The notes under the pieces: model-generated | What the model was told of the DNA's origin: nothing | What the model saw: the letters and a program-made list of their open reading frames with translations, nothing else | The model's database searches: none | Part shown: piece after piece, positions 1-14,111 of the stretch | Numbering within the stretch: position 1 is the stretch's first letter | How the letters are laid out: each line of letters starts with the position of its first letter | NCBI RefSeq assembly: GCF_964194025.1 | Contig: NC_134469.1 | Location: 43,772,001 to 43,836,000 of the forward strand | DNA: 64,000 nucleotides | From: Convolutriloba macropyga | Lineage: Eukaryota | Direction of reading: 5' to 3' | Position numbers and translations under genes: made by a program

Positions 1-46
1 TTTTTAGATGAAATTATTGATAATACAAACATCATTATTAGTGAAA

Positions 47-50
<4 letters not shown>

Positions 51-88
<38 letters not shown>
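51..88. repeat. (TA)n microsatellite
   Basis: Uninterrupted TA dinucleotide run. Confidence 0.95.
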
Positions 89-91
<3 letters not shown>

Positions 92-114
92 CAGTAAATT
101 AAAGAGATTAGTTC

Positions 115-520
115 AGACAGAAAACCATTCACTGATCAGACAATTTCAAGCGCAATTGAGTCTTGTCTGATCAGAGACGATTTCGAGAGCACGATAATTT
201 GATCAGGAGCAAATTTCGAGTGCACAATATTTCAATCAGAATTCATATTAAGCGCTCAATCGTCTTGACAATGGTCTAGGTTTGATATGGGCTCTGGTCG
301 CACAATCATCTTATTTCGGTCTGATTAGAAGTCGTTTCCGTCTGGCAAGGTCTGATCAGAGACAACTCAGAGCGCACTCTGAGAGCACTCGGTTTATTGA
401 GCGCTCTTCAGTCTAATCAGAGGACACTTTGGTCTGGGATGGTCTGGTCAGAGGTCACTTCGGGATGACATCTCAACCTTGGATCAGCGCTGGTTTGGGT
501 CGCAAACCTCATCTTGAGTT
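115..520. repeat. TGATCAG/TCTGATCAGA-rich dispersed repeat
   Basis: Many degenerate ctgatcaga units. Related sequence occurs in the opposite orientation at ~6151-6452 and at ~59545-59720; these two share ccaggttga..ccagacccaa.t.agct.tgatcag. Boundaries approximate. Confidence 0.55.
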
Positions 521-1491
521 ATATTATTTATTACAGCGCCAGCAATTGGAACCAGTATTGCTGCCATAGTTGTTCACGCTATATTCAGGATCACGCTATG
601 GTTATGTGAGTGCTCATCCTCAAATAGTGCTCAGCTTCAAATAGACAAGGATTGAACGCCCAATCTGTGTGATTTTAGTCACACATGTTACCTTTCGGTT
701 ATCTCACCAAAAATTTGTTTTCACTACATTAAAAAAGCTACTGAATTTGTTTCGCTTGAGTAATCTTCATCTCTAAAATAAAAATCTCAATTCATTTATT
801 CATGAACAAAGAAAACGGAATTGATTGTTTCTGATTTTTTAAAGGATTTAGTTTTCATTTGACCGTTTCAATTAACGTTTAAAATTGTGATCTTCAACAC
901 TAATCTTCTCTAATTTTTTTTTGCAAAAACACGTAATGCACATACTGCTTTTGAAATCATTTCTAAGTTTCGGTGCATCATATATCAACAAATATTCTGA
1001 ACATCATAAGTACTCGCGACTTATTTGACATCATTGCACGGTGAAATAAAAGGCAAAATATTGTAATAGCGCAACAATAAAACTATGCTTAAGAAAACGT
1101 GACGATAATTACCAACTCGCAAGATCTTTGTATTAGTTTTAGGAAATTATGTTTTTCTTACAAACCTTAAGTGGAAAAAGTATCTCCCGTTTATCGAGTA
1201 TAAATACGGTGTTGCTGTTTTCCGCCAATTGAGCGACACATTTAGTATCTTAATTAGGTCTTATATAAGTAATTTTATAAATTCGCCAAATCATGATTTC
1301 GGCATATTTCGGCATGATTCCCGCGGGAAAATTTCGACAGTCCTGAAAAAGAGCTTACTGCCACGTAACCATTGTTACATCAAGGCACAAAAAGAATTAT
1401 AATGAAAATTCAGCTTTTCCAGATGCTAAATTTTTTAAGGAAAATCAATATATCGCATGTTTTTTGCAAGATTCTCGTTCAAAGATGTGAT

Positions 1492-1708
1492 TCAAATCTT
1501 CTGAAGAATGAATCCTGCAGCAGCATGTTTGTCAAACACTCCCTCTATAGACTCTGAGTGACACATGGTGGCCACTTTATCTTCTTCCAGACGCCGGATG
1601 GTGTCCTGAAATTGACTCTGGGTGTTGTCAAACCAGTCTTTTACCATCAGAGTCGCAATCAGGCCTCCTGGCTTTGTCATTCGGGCCACTTCGAATAAGC
1701 TTTCACTC
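1492..1708 (-). CDS. Methyltransferase exon 4 (motif III KPGG, stop)
   Basis: Acceptor ctatttag|; SESLFEVARMTKPGGLIA...ILQKI*. Confidence 0.85.
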
Positions 1709-4700
1709 CTAAATAGCCCTCTCAATATCTCAGTATATCTATATAATTCAATGAAATTTAGCTGAATCCGAACATTTCAGACAAATATTAGCAGTGATAT
1801 GATGAATGTGCTGTTGTAATAGCGCAACGATAAAACTATGCTTAAGAAAACGTGACGATAATTACCAACCACATCTGGTTCAGAGATGCTCTGGCCCTGA
1901 GTCTGATGCTTACATAATTTAAAACCAGTCTACTTTTTTCTCAATTTAGAATGGGTTTCCGGGTTTTTTATTTATTTTTTTAATGTTAATAGAATTTTAA
2001 AAAAGCGAAAGCCTATTCTATGTAAAAAAATATGCAGCATTCAAGTTCACACAATATTCTGCATGCTGGCCCAGAGTCATAGTGATTAATTCCTTGAGCA
2101 GATCAATACACATAAATAATGAACAAGTCTCCAGTTTCTATTCGATTCAATATTAAACAACTGTTTTCAAAACATGGCTGTGATTTCTGTTAACGTGTCC
2201 AAATTTATATAATGGCCCATTTTCTCTGTATGAACAAAAGAAAAAAGGCCTTGATATTTCTAAATAATCCATTACAAATCTGATCATTTCGTTTTGTGGT
2301 TTCTTATCAGTTTTAAAGTGCAGATAAAACTATTTCATATTTTAATTTCTCTGTTTTTGCAGGAAAAAGTAATGAGGAACTTTGCAGCAGTCGAAAAGAA
2401 TTTGATATTCTTTAATAGTCTATAAGACATCAGGTAATTATTTTCTGCTATGGGTTTTTCCATTTTGAAATTGTAGAAGTTTTTTCATCTTTTAAAATAG
2501 AACAAGTTAGAAGAGCTATTTACTTTACAGATCGATCACTGAAGACACCCACTGATATTACCAAGTCGTATTCCCCAGATGGCACTGATGTCTCCTAAAA
2601 TATATAGAGAAATAAAATAAAATTGAAAAACCGCAGTAACATCATCTTTAGTTGCTATATTATACTCATTTATACTAGCTGATGACAATAGTAATAGTCT
2701 TTCTAGCCCATTAGATTATTCGAAGCATAAAAAAATGAAAAACACCAATTAGTTTGTTCAAACAAGCTAACTGGAACAAAACAGTTGAACAGGTAAAGAA
2801 AACGAGAGATGTCCAGATATTGTATTATTCCAATTGAAACGAGAATAAAATTCACGAGGCGCGGGAATTAGATTACGTGAAGATAGACATAGAATTGCGA
2901 GCCCTTTGCACCTGTGTCAAGATGTCTTAACTTGCTAAGTCATTCCAAGTACAAATAAATCGATAGCATTCCAGTTCATGTAAATGGATAGTTTGCATAT
3001 TTTGGCTTGATGTATGGCCGGGTTTCCTAATTTTTCAAAAAAAATCTTAACTTGAAAAATGATGAGTCTTTGATGTTTCTTGTTCTAACACCACGTCGAG
3101 TTCGTCATTCCTTTCACATAACTCTACAATCATGCATTTTTTTTCAAGTAAGATGGTTTACTATTTTCGTTCTGTCTCACTGAACAATCATTTGTCCATT
3201 TTTGAACCTCTTGCTAAACGTCAGTTATTTCGTACTTTGTCAATACCTTTAAAGTTGACATATGTAAAATTAAAATTTGCTGAAACAATGCAAAAAAAGC
3301 CAAAGCTATCCTTAGTTTCAAAGACCGAACAAAGGCGACACAATATATGTTCTGTAAGTTCAGTTTTCTACGTTGGAAAGAATTGGTATGTTCGGCTTGT
3401 TCGGTATGTTTGGTTTCAAGCGTGAGAAGTCGTCCGTATGTTTGGTCTGGAACGTAGGAAAGCTTCTGTATGTTTGGTTCAACTGGAGACAATTTTCGGA
3501 CTATATTTAAGTTTAAAAAATGTCGATATAGAATCTCTCTTATGTTACGTATACCAAATCTCTTTTACGTTTTAAAACGACGATACCAAATTTTTCTTAT
3601 ATTTCTTATGTTAAATACCGAACAAAAACGATGATGCCGACATAAAGGTCGTCGGAACGTTGTTCATTTTGGCTAGAAAAAAACGGCGGTGAACTTTACA
3701 ACAAAAATTTGCGTGCAAAAAAGTTTGTGCTACGGTTGCTTTTAAAAGATTATAAATTTTTGGTTTCCAGTTTTGAAGTGTTGTCAAAAGTTTGACAATT
3801 TTCTCGTAACCAATGTATTTCAGAGAAAGAGGTTAAAGAAACTTAATCTGTGTTTGAATTTCTTGCTTCACAATGGCGGCATGAATTTCTCATCCTTTTT
3901 TACCCTTCAAAAGCAAATTTTGTGATGCTTACTCGTTTCATATAATATTCTCTAGCTAAAAAAAATCCAATCAGATAAATACACAAGCACAATTTTCAAT
4001 AATAAGCATGATAACTTTCAATGAAAACGCAACAAATGGTTTCTAACGCTATGGCAATCAAATTGTCTTTTTTCACCATTACAAGCTTTAGAGCGATTTA
4101 TCCCAACGAGGTCTCTATACGGGGCCGTTTTCAATGCAGAGAGACAAAGCCATTGCAGACATAAAACAGAAAGTGTTTAAAATTTATCTCCTAAAAACTG
4201 CCGCAATAGAACATTTTTGACTGTTTTCTTTGAGCTATCTTTGAAATGAAGTTTACAATTTAATTAACTGGTGGTCTGATGCTATGCACAACTTGAAAAT
4301 GAATTGATTGATATTCTTATCTTTCTTAATAATTTTTAATTCATATTTAAAAGCAGATAAAATTGTTTTCCACACAAAAATTTTCAGCTACTGACGAAAA
4401 AAACGAAGCCAAAACGGAAGAAAGTTTTCTGAAAGTGCGACTCATTTCTGAAAAAATTTTGTTAAAACACCTGGCCTGGATCTCCGGACACTCTGGAAAC
4501 TGTTTTTAGGAATCCGGGGGTGGCTTTATTCCCAGTTTTCCCATTGATATTCCCACTAACCGTCCTGAAAATCCTGCGGGAATTTAAATATTCTCCGTTT
4601 TTCCTGCTGGGAACCTTGAAGTTTTCTGATTCGGTTCCGGGAAATGTGGAATCTTAATCCATTTTGTTCTATCTTGCATTACCGTTTCTTCCCCATGTGT

Positions 4701-7700
4701 TTCTTGAATCTTCGCCGTTAAAATCCGCGATTTTGTTCGGCTTTCAAGAATTCAGCATACTGGTTACTAGATAGTAATTTGAAATAAAAATAATCTTTTT
4801 CACGCACTTTAGAATATTACAATATCTAAGTGACTAACTGGGTTTTATATGGTGCATAACATTTGGTCAGTCTTAAGAGATCTTGTTCTGTTATTCATTT
4901 TTTTGGTAATCTTATGAGATTTGTGTCGATATTCTCTTTATCAGAAATTTTGATTGGTTAACCAGGTTAATCAGGTACCAAGTCGGGATGCAAGCGCCGT
5001 TTTTCAGCTCATTCTTGTTGTTAAAAAAGAGCTCAATGCGTTGAAATTATATAATAAATCCGCTCAAAGGTGTAAAAATTTCGAGAATACGCTGAAACAT
5101 TCCCATATATGTTCAGTGCATTTTCAGCACATTTCCTACTTAAATGTTTACTCAGTTTGAAGCGTCTTTGTTACAAAGTTTAAGCGCATCCGTCTCAACA
5201 ATTTCAGCGCATTTTTTTACACAGTTTCAGCTGATTTCGGCGGAATTCAGCGTTTTTTTTGCAGGATTTTTGATCCGTAAATCTTTCCACCTAAATTTTA
5301 TTTTATTTTTTGAAATAACATTTTTGTACGAAGCAGGCTTAATTTTCAGCGCGTTTTTTTAAATAGTTTTAGAGCATTTCTGCGCATTTCTTACAAAAAC
5401 TGTTCATTAATAGAAAGTCAAATTAAATAGGAGGAAATTCAGGAATCAGTGGCACAGTAGGGCAGGGTTAGAGGCTCGAGCAAGGCAAAAAAATGACAAT
5501 GAGCTGTAAGTTTTGAAACTTTGGCAGATTTCAGAGCTTTTCTTACAAAAATGCACGCATTTCAGCGCACTATTATATAAGGTTTTCACGCTGAAATTTT
5601 GAAAATTCAGCGCATTTAAGCGGATTTTCTTACAAAATTTTCCAAAAAAATCTCGACCCGGTGTTTAACCGGACTAAGCGACGCACTCCCTTTCTTGAAT
5701 AATCTCTCTTTCTTGAAGAATAAGACTATGATTAGTACCTGAGCTCCAATCAAAAAATCCGAGAAGTATTGGGTGTAGATATTTTTGGGCTTCGCTTGAG
5801 CAAACATCATCTCAGATGGCTCAAGAGCGTCAATTGTGCCGGAAAAGCCGGCTTCTCTCAGAGCAATACCACTCAAGCCACTTCCAGCCCCCACGTCAAG
5901 CACTTTCACGGAACTTTTGTTCAGTTCTTTACCTGAATACATACATCAACCAACGTGCATGCTGGCTCAACTTTGACTTATAAACGGTAGCTAAATAAGT
6001 GGGGTTCGATAAACAAGCAAAAAAATTAAAGCCAAGAACTTCAAACAACAAGACCTCAAGTGCTATATTGTTAGAAGACTTCTCCAGAAAAAGTTGGCGA
6101 AAATCTTGAAAAAAGTAATCTTGATATAGTTCATGCAAGATCTTACTGCATACCCCAGGTTGAGGTCCAGACCCAAATTGAGCTATGATCAGACTTTCCA
6201 GACCTAAATTACCTATGATCAGAGACTTTCCAGACCAAAATAACCTCTGATCAGACTTTCCAGACTGATTGTGTCTCTGATCAGGCTTTCCAGACCGAAG
6301 AAGTTCTGATCAGACCATCTCCAGATCATGGTTCAGACTCAAATTCAGACCATTGCCCAGACCTTAATCAGACTGTGATCAGACCCAATTTCAGAAGCAA
6401 GTAACCTCTGATCATACTCAGTGGAGACCATCTCCCCAGTTGACCACTGATCAAAAATAGTCAATATCATCATCATCAGCCCTCATCAGCCATCCCCGCC
6501 ATTACTCCCTCCAACACTCCCATTGTCCACCCTCCTCCACCTGCCGATTTTAAATCCCTTCTCATCTAGCCTTAAGGTTGAGCTCCCCGTTCGAAATGAT
6601 CTATGAAAATACCTGTCCAGACTATTTTTGCTTATGAAAGAACCCAGGCAGGCCAAAAATGCCAATGATGCAGACTTTGCCTCGATCAAAAATTCTGTGC
6701 GTTCATGTGTTTGTTCAGAAACGCTTAAGAGGATACTCGTCCAGGCCACAATGTGACATGATACAGACTTTGATCACGCAACAAAATGATTAGTGTTATT
6801 TTGCAGCACACTGGGCGTCAAGTCACAATAAATTGGTTGCTAAGTTGCTCCAAATAATAGAGATGAGTTGAATTTCTGTGATAAGTTGTAAGTTTTGCTT
6901 CTCAATTTTTGCCGATTTATGTTTTCGTATATTTTATAGAAGAATATCAGTACTATTGTCAAGTCAAGGCGGGATGATTACCTTAGTAGATCTCTCACAA
7001 GATTTGAAAAAAATTGAGAAGACATCGTTCTGTTGTTGAAACAAGAATTCCGATTTGCTTGACTTTCTGATCTTAGCTCATGAAGCATCAGATAAAGTTA
7101 ATAATTATTAACAACTTGGTAGAAAAGTTGAGCGTGAAAAACTCATTTTATCAAAATTTTTAGAATCTTTAAGCCCGGATAAAGATTCATTGTTCCACAG
7201 CTGTATTTTACATTATGCAGTCAATTTTTATGGCTAGACGCAATGATAATATTAAAATTCATGAGCTTAAGGGCTTACGATAGGTTTTTGTGACAAAAAT
7301 TATGCAGCGATTACTCTTTGTTAAGTGCAATCAATCAGTCAAAATTGTTTCTCTTTGTGAAAATATTTGATATTCTGATTAGACTGATTTTCATTGTTAC
7401 AAATTCTCAAAATTTCAGTAACATACTTCGTATATGTGATTGTATATTCAACGCAAAGAATGTTTAACTTGGTGTGTTCTTTAAACTTTTTATGCTGTTT
7501 CGAATTTTTTTTTTGATTTCAATCAGAGCCTGAGAAATCTCTTGTTGAGGATTTTCTTTTTTGATTTCACTTGAAATGATTCGTCAGAAATTTCTTTCAG
7601 GTCCATTTTATAAAAAAACTGCTCCCTCCTTTTATTATGTGGAAAAGATTTCTCCATGTGTAATGTGATCAATTCTGTGAACAACAAAAATGTTGCAAAT

Positions 7701-9772
7701 GTTTAGCATAATTTTGGTCAAAGAAGATCTCGTTTCACAAAAAAACTTATTAATATTATTTACTCATTCACAAGTTTTAAATTTCAAGTTTTGTCAATTC
7801 AAAAGGTACTTCTTTGACATGGCAAAATGTACGTCGAGTTGTATTAATTGCCATACCTAAAATAATAAGTTTCAGTATTAAAATTAAATTTAATATTGGA
7901 ATTGGAGGTGTTTACATATATAAAGTTACATTTTGTTGAATTGAAGAGCAAAATGATATATGATAAAGCCTGTGGCCTGTATTGTTACGAGCGTACGTTA
8001 TTTGAAATTGAAGCAACAATCTGTCTAAAAAATGAAATAAGGGCCCTCTTAGTTTATAAGAATTTCCAACATTGATTGCGAATTTTAAAAATATTTGAAT
8101 TTTTTTTAATCCAAAGATTAAACTTGTGCTTAGTAAACACTGTAAATGTTTGCGTATCACCATTTTAATTTATTGATAGTTTCTAGATACACTATGTGAT
8201 CAAAAAGCTACGGTCACCTAACAAAATTTGTAAAGGGCTACAGAAAACAAAAAATACAAGATTATTAGATGAAATCAGTGCTCTAGTTGCAATTTGTGGC
8301 GTTTTAGTTTTTTAATAACGACAACTAGACGTTACAACTAGACAGATTGTATAGTTTTCACTCTAGATTCCCAGGACACCTGAATAAGTTTTCCAGCACA
8401 TTTTTCTCCAAATTTTCCCAAAGCACTGTCTATTTTCGTGATTATTGCTTCAAAATTGCGGATAAATGTTCAATTTGACTCATATCGGGTCTATTTACTG
8501 AGAGTTCTGGTACTTCTCACTCTTTTTCGATGAAGAATTTTTGCTGATAATTTTTGATTTGTTCACAGGAGCCTCATCTTACTGAAAGAAAGTCTTGAAA
8601 ACGCATTTTTTTCGTGTTTTTTTTAAGTTCCAAAGTAATATAGAACCTTTATCTTGTTTGGAAATCTCATACAAACAGTTATATCCCTCTGATTGTATTT
8701 TAAACCAAAATATTGATTTTCCGAATTCGAGTTGTGTTTTTTGTCATTTCTGCACTTCATTTCTGTGCAAAATTCATTCACTTGATACACATTTAGCCTG
8801 TTAATTTTTAGATCTTCATTTTAAACTAATTTTGTTTTGGCTATGAAAATCGAATATGTTCGCAACAGCGTGGCAAACAGTAACAGAACAAAGAAGCCTA
8901 ACTATCTTTCTGTGTGAGCGGAGAAATTGAGAATGAGATCTCTTTTTGCCGTACTTAACGCCAAGTCAGTATCAGTACTGGGCAAGTCTAATTCCAAGTC
9001 TAGGTATCAGTACTGATTCATAACTATGATCATAACACATTTAAGACTGGTCAGACTTGACTAAGACGGTGTAAAGTTCCCTACGGTGATGGAACCACTG
9101 ATCGTCCGCTTCCTAGATGGTTGTTCTCCTTACTGCGCTACTAAGTATTCTCTTTTGCGCCGTTAAAACACACTTGAAAGAAGCAAATTTGAAGCGAGAA
9201 AGCGGGCAATTATATTACATGGGAGACTTGTTATTACAGTTGCCCAGTACTGATTTACACTTGTTCGGAACGGGTTAAAGCTTCAAGATTTCACGCATTT
9301 CTTCATGCTTTGGCGAATATCAAGCTTTTTAAGCGAAAGTAACGTTTAAAGAGCACATATTGTGCTGTACGCATCATAAAGTTGCAACGCTAGCGAGCGT
9401 TCGAAAAACTTAAATGTGAACTTTCATCTTTGAAACGTTCGGTAGCGCTGCAACCCTATGACACTGACTATAACTTTGTGGTACCAAAATGTATATCAAA
9501 TGCATCAATTTTTGAAAAAAGATGAAATTACAATTCCGAGACACGCAATTTTGCTACAAAAAACACAAACCTGATTTAGCTATGTAGTTCTCTATGACTT
9601 TGACACAAAACGTGGGCGCACTCCACCCGATTCTACTCATCACTGTTTCGTAGTCGGCTGCTGTTCGATCGTAGAACTCTTTCTCTGCCTCTTTGGTCTT
9701 GGAAGCCCACAACTCTCTGAGCCATACGTCTTCCTCATCTGCAGCGTTACTCTTCTTAATATCATCCGACAT
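1492..9772 (-). CDS. Class I SAM-dependent methyltransferase, METTL27/WBSCR27-like; 4 exons, 227 aa
   Basis: Exons 9772-9571, 5932-5739, 2594-2524 and 1708-1492 join through GT..AG introns with compatible phases (1, 0, 2) into a 684-nt ORF. Motifs: FYDRTAADYE...GWSAP, motif I VLDVGAGSG, IDALEPSEMM, YDLVISVGVF, RMTKPGGLI. Confidence 0.88.
2524..2594 (-). CDS. Methyltransferase exon 3 (ETSVPSGEYDLVISVGVFSDRSV)
   Basis: Acceptor ttttag|, donor AA|gtaaat; 71 nt. Not in the ORF track, but phase-compatible with both neighbouring exons and carries motif II. Confidence 0.82.
4977..5662. mobile_element. Degenerate copy of a cagcgc/gctga-rich non-autonomous DNA element
   Basis: Ends accaagtcggg...ctcgacccgg resemble the termini of the 21648-23234 copy; same internal motif content. 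Confidence 0.45.
5739..5932 (-). CDS. Methyltransferase exon 2 (SAM-binding motif I)
   Basis: Acceptor gtattcag|, donor CAG|gtacta; encodes VLDVGAGSGLSG. Confidence 0.88.
6151..6452. repeat. TGATCAG-rich repeat with ~31-bp internal units
   Basis: Tandem tgatcagactttccagacc units; same family as 115-520. Confidence 0.6.
9571..9772 (-). CDS. Methyltransferase exon 1 (MSDDIKK...YIAKS)
   Basis: ATG at 9772; donor G|gtttgt; 202 nt, phase 1. Confidence 0.82.
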
Positions 9773-11639
9773 TGAAACTTTGAACAAATTTAACCTTGAA
9801 CTGCGCAAATAATTTGACTCAAAAGTTGAAGAAATAATAGATTCGTATATAACCACAGTGATTACTGTCTATACTTGCAAACTGGTGATAATGTTGCTCT
9901 TTGGTGATTTTGCTGTTTTGTTTGCCTTAAATTAGCTTGATAAGAAAGTGAACTCTTATAATTATTGCTTTAGTGAGACAGAAGACGTGCAAGTATGCCG
10001 ACGTATAAAAATGCCAAAAATCTATTCTAATGGTTAGCAGTAAATTTCTAGACCAATCAGATTGCTTCGAAATAGGTCCTACCAAAGGGTTCTGCAATTT
10101 TTATCATTTACAATTATTGCAAATCTCTTGCAAAACTAGCTGATAAGGTCTTATCTGATTATGCATTCCGTACCAAAATCTTATAAGACACTCGCCAGAT
10201 CTTTCACGACAAAGCTTTGCCTTGTAAGAACTTTTGTGATAAAAATTCAACTTATCAGATAGAAAAGTTCTTGTACAATTTTGTTTGCTATTTCGATATT
10301 TTTGTACGTTGGCACAATATTTCGTCGGCTTAGTTGTACGTTATCAATAAAACATACCTAGCAAGCGAGCCAGACGGTCGATAGTAGTCAAAAGGTCTAG
10401 CAAAGTTAGACTTTAACAAATTGTTAAATAACGAAAGCGTTTTTGCTCAAAGTTGTGTATACATTCTAAATTCAGTTTTCTCTAGATCAATACAGGTTGT
10501 CAAGGTTCATGGTTCTGCATTATTACTGAACTCAGTTTTGCATGTCCTGCATTATAACTGTTCTGAATCTTTCAAACACGCCACCTAAGAAAGCGTCAAT
10601 AAATTGGGTTTTTAGTGCTGTATCGTCGTAGATTATATCAATGAGACCACGTGACAATGCAACTTTCACTGACTTAAATCCGAAATTACTCGAAATTCTT
10701 TTTTTTCTCCACAAGTTGAGGTGTCCGAGCCAATTATGCGCTTATGCGCATAGATGTAAATTTCAAAGATGTAAATTTGAATAGTCACGAGATTAAATTA
10801 AATCAAAGATGTAAATTTGAATAATCACGAGATTAAATTACATGTTGTCATATTATAACTGAAAAATATCACATCTTCCATCCGAATAGATAAATAATAA
10901 CTATCATTCGATACCCAGTTTTCGTGAATTATTTTTACAAACAAAATTTTTGAAACCAGTGGATTTTTTTGTCAAAGATTTTTTGTCCAGTGGATTTTAT
11001 TCGTGTATTTTTGAATCTCTTCTTTTAACATAACCTTGAATTTTTTCTTTGATTTTTTTCTTAGAGCTCTAGGAAGTGTATTTAGTATACGAACAAAAAT
11101 TTTTATAATTGAATTGTGACTATAAGTTGATTTACATTCTTCTGTGGGAGAAAAACTATAGGTACACTTGTTCACATTATTTTCAATGTTTCCGATTATT
11201 ATAAACTTTTTTTCTCCTCATATGTTTCCTTGTTGGATGATATCGAAGTCTTTTTAAGGAAGTTTCTATTTAATAAAAGTTTTTTAAGGAAGTTTGGTTC
11301 GAAAAAAAAAAGAAAATTGCTGATTATTTTTAGTATTAAATCTGTCGCCTTTCTTGTAGACAGAAGTTACTTATGTTTCTTTGAAGTATCAGGGAAATGT
11401 TCGTGTGTTTATACTGAGATAGATTTCGATATCTCTAATTGTGCAACATAGCACAACGAACTGTAATAGAAAGGCGCTGCATAGCGCTGATTAGTGCTGA
11501 TAACAGCTGAATTGAGCTGAAAATAAAGAATTCCTCACTAATTCAGCGCGGATTGTAAACTTCAACCAATTCTGCACTCTGTTTATATATCAACAAGAAC
11601 CACAATTAAGCCATAATAGCTTTTAAAAATCTGAGGTCC

Positions 11640-14111
11640 TCAAAACTCTTCAAAAGAAAACTTCATGCAAGCAAGCATTTTGCAGTCTTTCTGATAAGCT
11701 CCCGAAAAAAATTAAAAAATGAAAAATTGTCAAACTTTAAAGTAAGTTGGTATGAAACTATTTCCAAGGAGGAAGTTGTAGGCTGTTCCAATCTGATTCT
11801 CCAAATATATTTCATGTATTAAAAATTTAATTTTGCCGTTTTTACTAGACCATAAAACCACCCTAGTACGACAACCTCTTTTGTCAAGAAAGACATGTAT
11901 TAAATCGAACTCTCAAATGTTGAAAACTCTTTTGAATACTTCCACAAAGTAAAGTTTAAATACAGTGTACATTTTCTCTGAGAAGAAAATAGCAGAGACA
12001 CTATCATCACGATTGCTGCAAAAAACTGCCCTAACAAGGCGTTTCTCAACTAACAAAACCTTGTGCGAGTTAGTTTTTGCCGTGGCTCTATATACAATCA
12101 AAGCAGATCGCTTTAAAAGTTCAACATTAGTCAAACAGCACTTATGCAATTGTTTCTTTTTTTAAAAGAAAGCCCGACTAAAATAATCCAATCAACAAAA
12201 ATATTTCAATCTTTTAACAACATAATTGATGAGATCATTGAAATTCGATTTTTGTCAAATACCGCGCCAAAAAAATTTTCAATATTCTGCTTTTATTCAC
12301 TTACAAACTCTTTTCATCAAACCTTTGGTTAAGACTCGCAAACTCGCATAGGAATTTGTACGCATCAAAAGAACTTAGCGATCTGCAAAACACTCATGTA
12401 TTATCTGCAATGATACATACTTTCGATTTGTTGCAGCCTGAAGTGAGATCCCTAATGCATAAAAAAGATAAAGAGCGTCTAATACAGATCATTGAGGGAC
12501 AACACACTGAACGTTATGAAAACCTATGATATGAGAACGTTATTTTTATATTTGTTTCAAAAGTTGCAATGTAGTTGATGCATTGATGCAAAGATAAAAG
12601 AGCATCTAGCACAGATCCTTGAGGGAAACTACACTAACGTTATGAAAACTTGATGACCATAAATCATTCGCATCATATTGTATTCGGTTGAAGAAACAAC
12701 TTTTAATTCAGCATTAGACAATACCTTTATACCATGATGTTCCAATTTTGTTAATAGAATACCATAACTCAGAGTGTCAAAGACCTTTTGAACATCAACA
12801 AAACACGCTACGCCAACGTTTCTACTCATTTTTGACTTTCAAATACTTTTGTTGTGACAAAAAACAGCCGTGGATTTTCAATGGTTAGGTGAAAAGTCAT
12901 GCTGTTTTTTGCTCATTTTTATATTTGTTTCAAAAGTTGCAATGTAGTTGATGCATTGATGCAAAGATAAAAGAGCATCTAGCACAGATCCTTGAGGGAA
13001 ACTACACTGAACGTTATGAAAACCTTATGACCATAAATCATTCGCAACATACTGTATTCGGTTGAAAAAACAACGTTTAAACCAACATTAGACAATACCC
13101 CTTATACCACAATGTTCCGACTTTGTTAATGGAATACCATGACTCAGAGTGTAAAACAATTTTTGAAGATCAACAAGGCACAATACGCCAATGTTTTAAA
13201 TCATTTTTGACTTTCAAATACTTTCGGTGTGACAAAGAACAGCCGTGGTTTTTGAATGTTTAGGTGAAAAGTCACGCTGTTTTTACCTCCTTTTTATATT
13301 TGTTTCAAAGGTTACAAAGTAGTTGATGCTTTGATGCAAAGTTAAAAGAACATTTCGCACAGATCCTTGAGGGGCACCACACTGAACATTATGAAAACCT
13401 AATGACCATAAATCATTCGCAACATACTGTATTCGGTTGAACAAATAATTTTTAAACCAGCGCTAGATAGTACCTCTCATACCATAATGTTCCAATTTTG
13501 TTAATAGAATACCATGACTCAGAGTGTAAAAGACCTTTTGAAGATCAACAAAACACGCTACGCTGATCTTTCTACTCATTTTTGACTTTCAAATACTTTC
13601 GGTGTGACAAAGAACAGCCGTGGTTTATGAATGTGTAGGTGAAACGCCATGCTGTTTTTCGCTCATTAAGGTATATTTGTTTCAATAGTTGCAAAGTAGT
13701 TGATGCATTAGTTTGTTTATTATTTGCTTAGAGATGATATTAAGTTGATTGGACAATAATTGTTACAATCAACTTTGGCTTCTTTTTTGGAGAGAGCAAT
13801 TACTTTTGCAGTTTTGAAACGTTCCTGAAAAAAGTTGGCTTTCAAGTGTTAACCAGAGCAATTAATACAATATCAAAAAGGCTGAGAGTAACGACACTAA
13901 TGCCATCATGAGCACAAGAAACATTGTTGGCTATAGATTTAATTACATTAAGCATTTCGTTTTGGTCTGCTGAAAGAAACTGCCAACGTTTTATCGTTAT
14001 ATGGAAGTACGGCTGGCATAATTTATTTGAGGGAAACTTTGATGAGATTTTTTTTTTACCAATTCTCGAAAAATGTTTGTTTAACTTTTCCGGAGTTATA
14101 ATACTGGCCAC
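11640..14111 (-). mobile_element. Decayed non-LTR retrotransposon (CR1/L2-like) reverse transcriptase
   Basis: Minus-strand fragments LNKHFSRIG, SCAHDGIS, FKTAKVIAL..NNYCPI, FVDVQKVFDTLSYGILLTKLEHHGI, PQGSVL, and IADNT (degenerate YADD). Many stops and frameshifts; ends approximate. Confidence 0.75.
12542..13710. repeat. About 3 tandem copies of a ~373-bp segment of the LINE RT core
   Basis: tatatttgtttcaa..gtt.caa.gtagttgatgc recurs at ~12548, 12920, 13295 and 13672. Confidence 0.85.
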
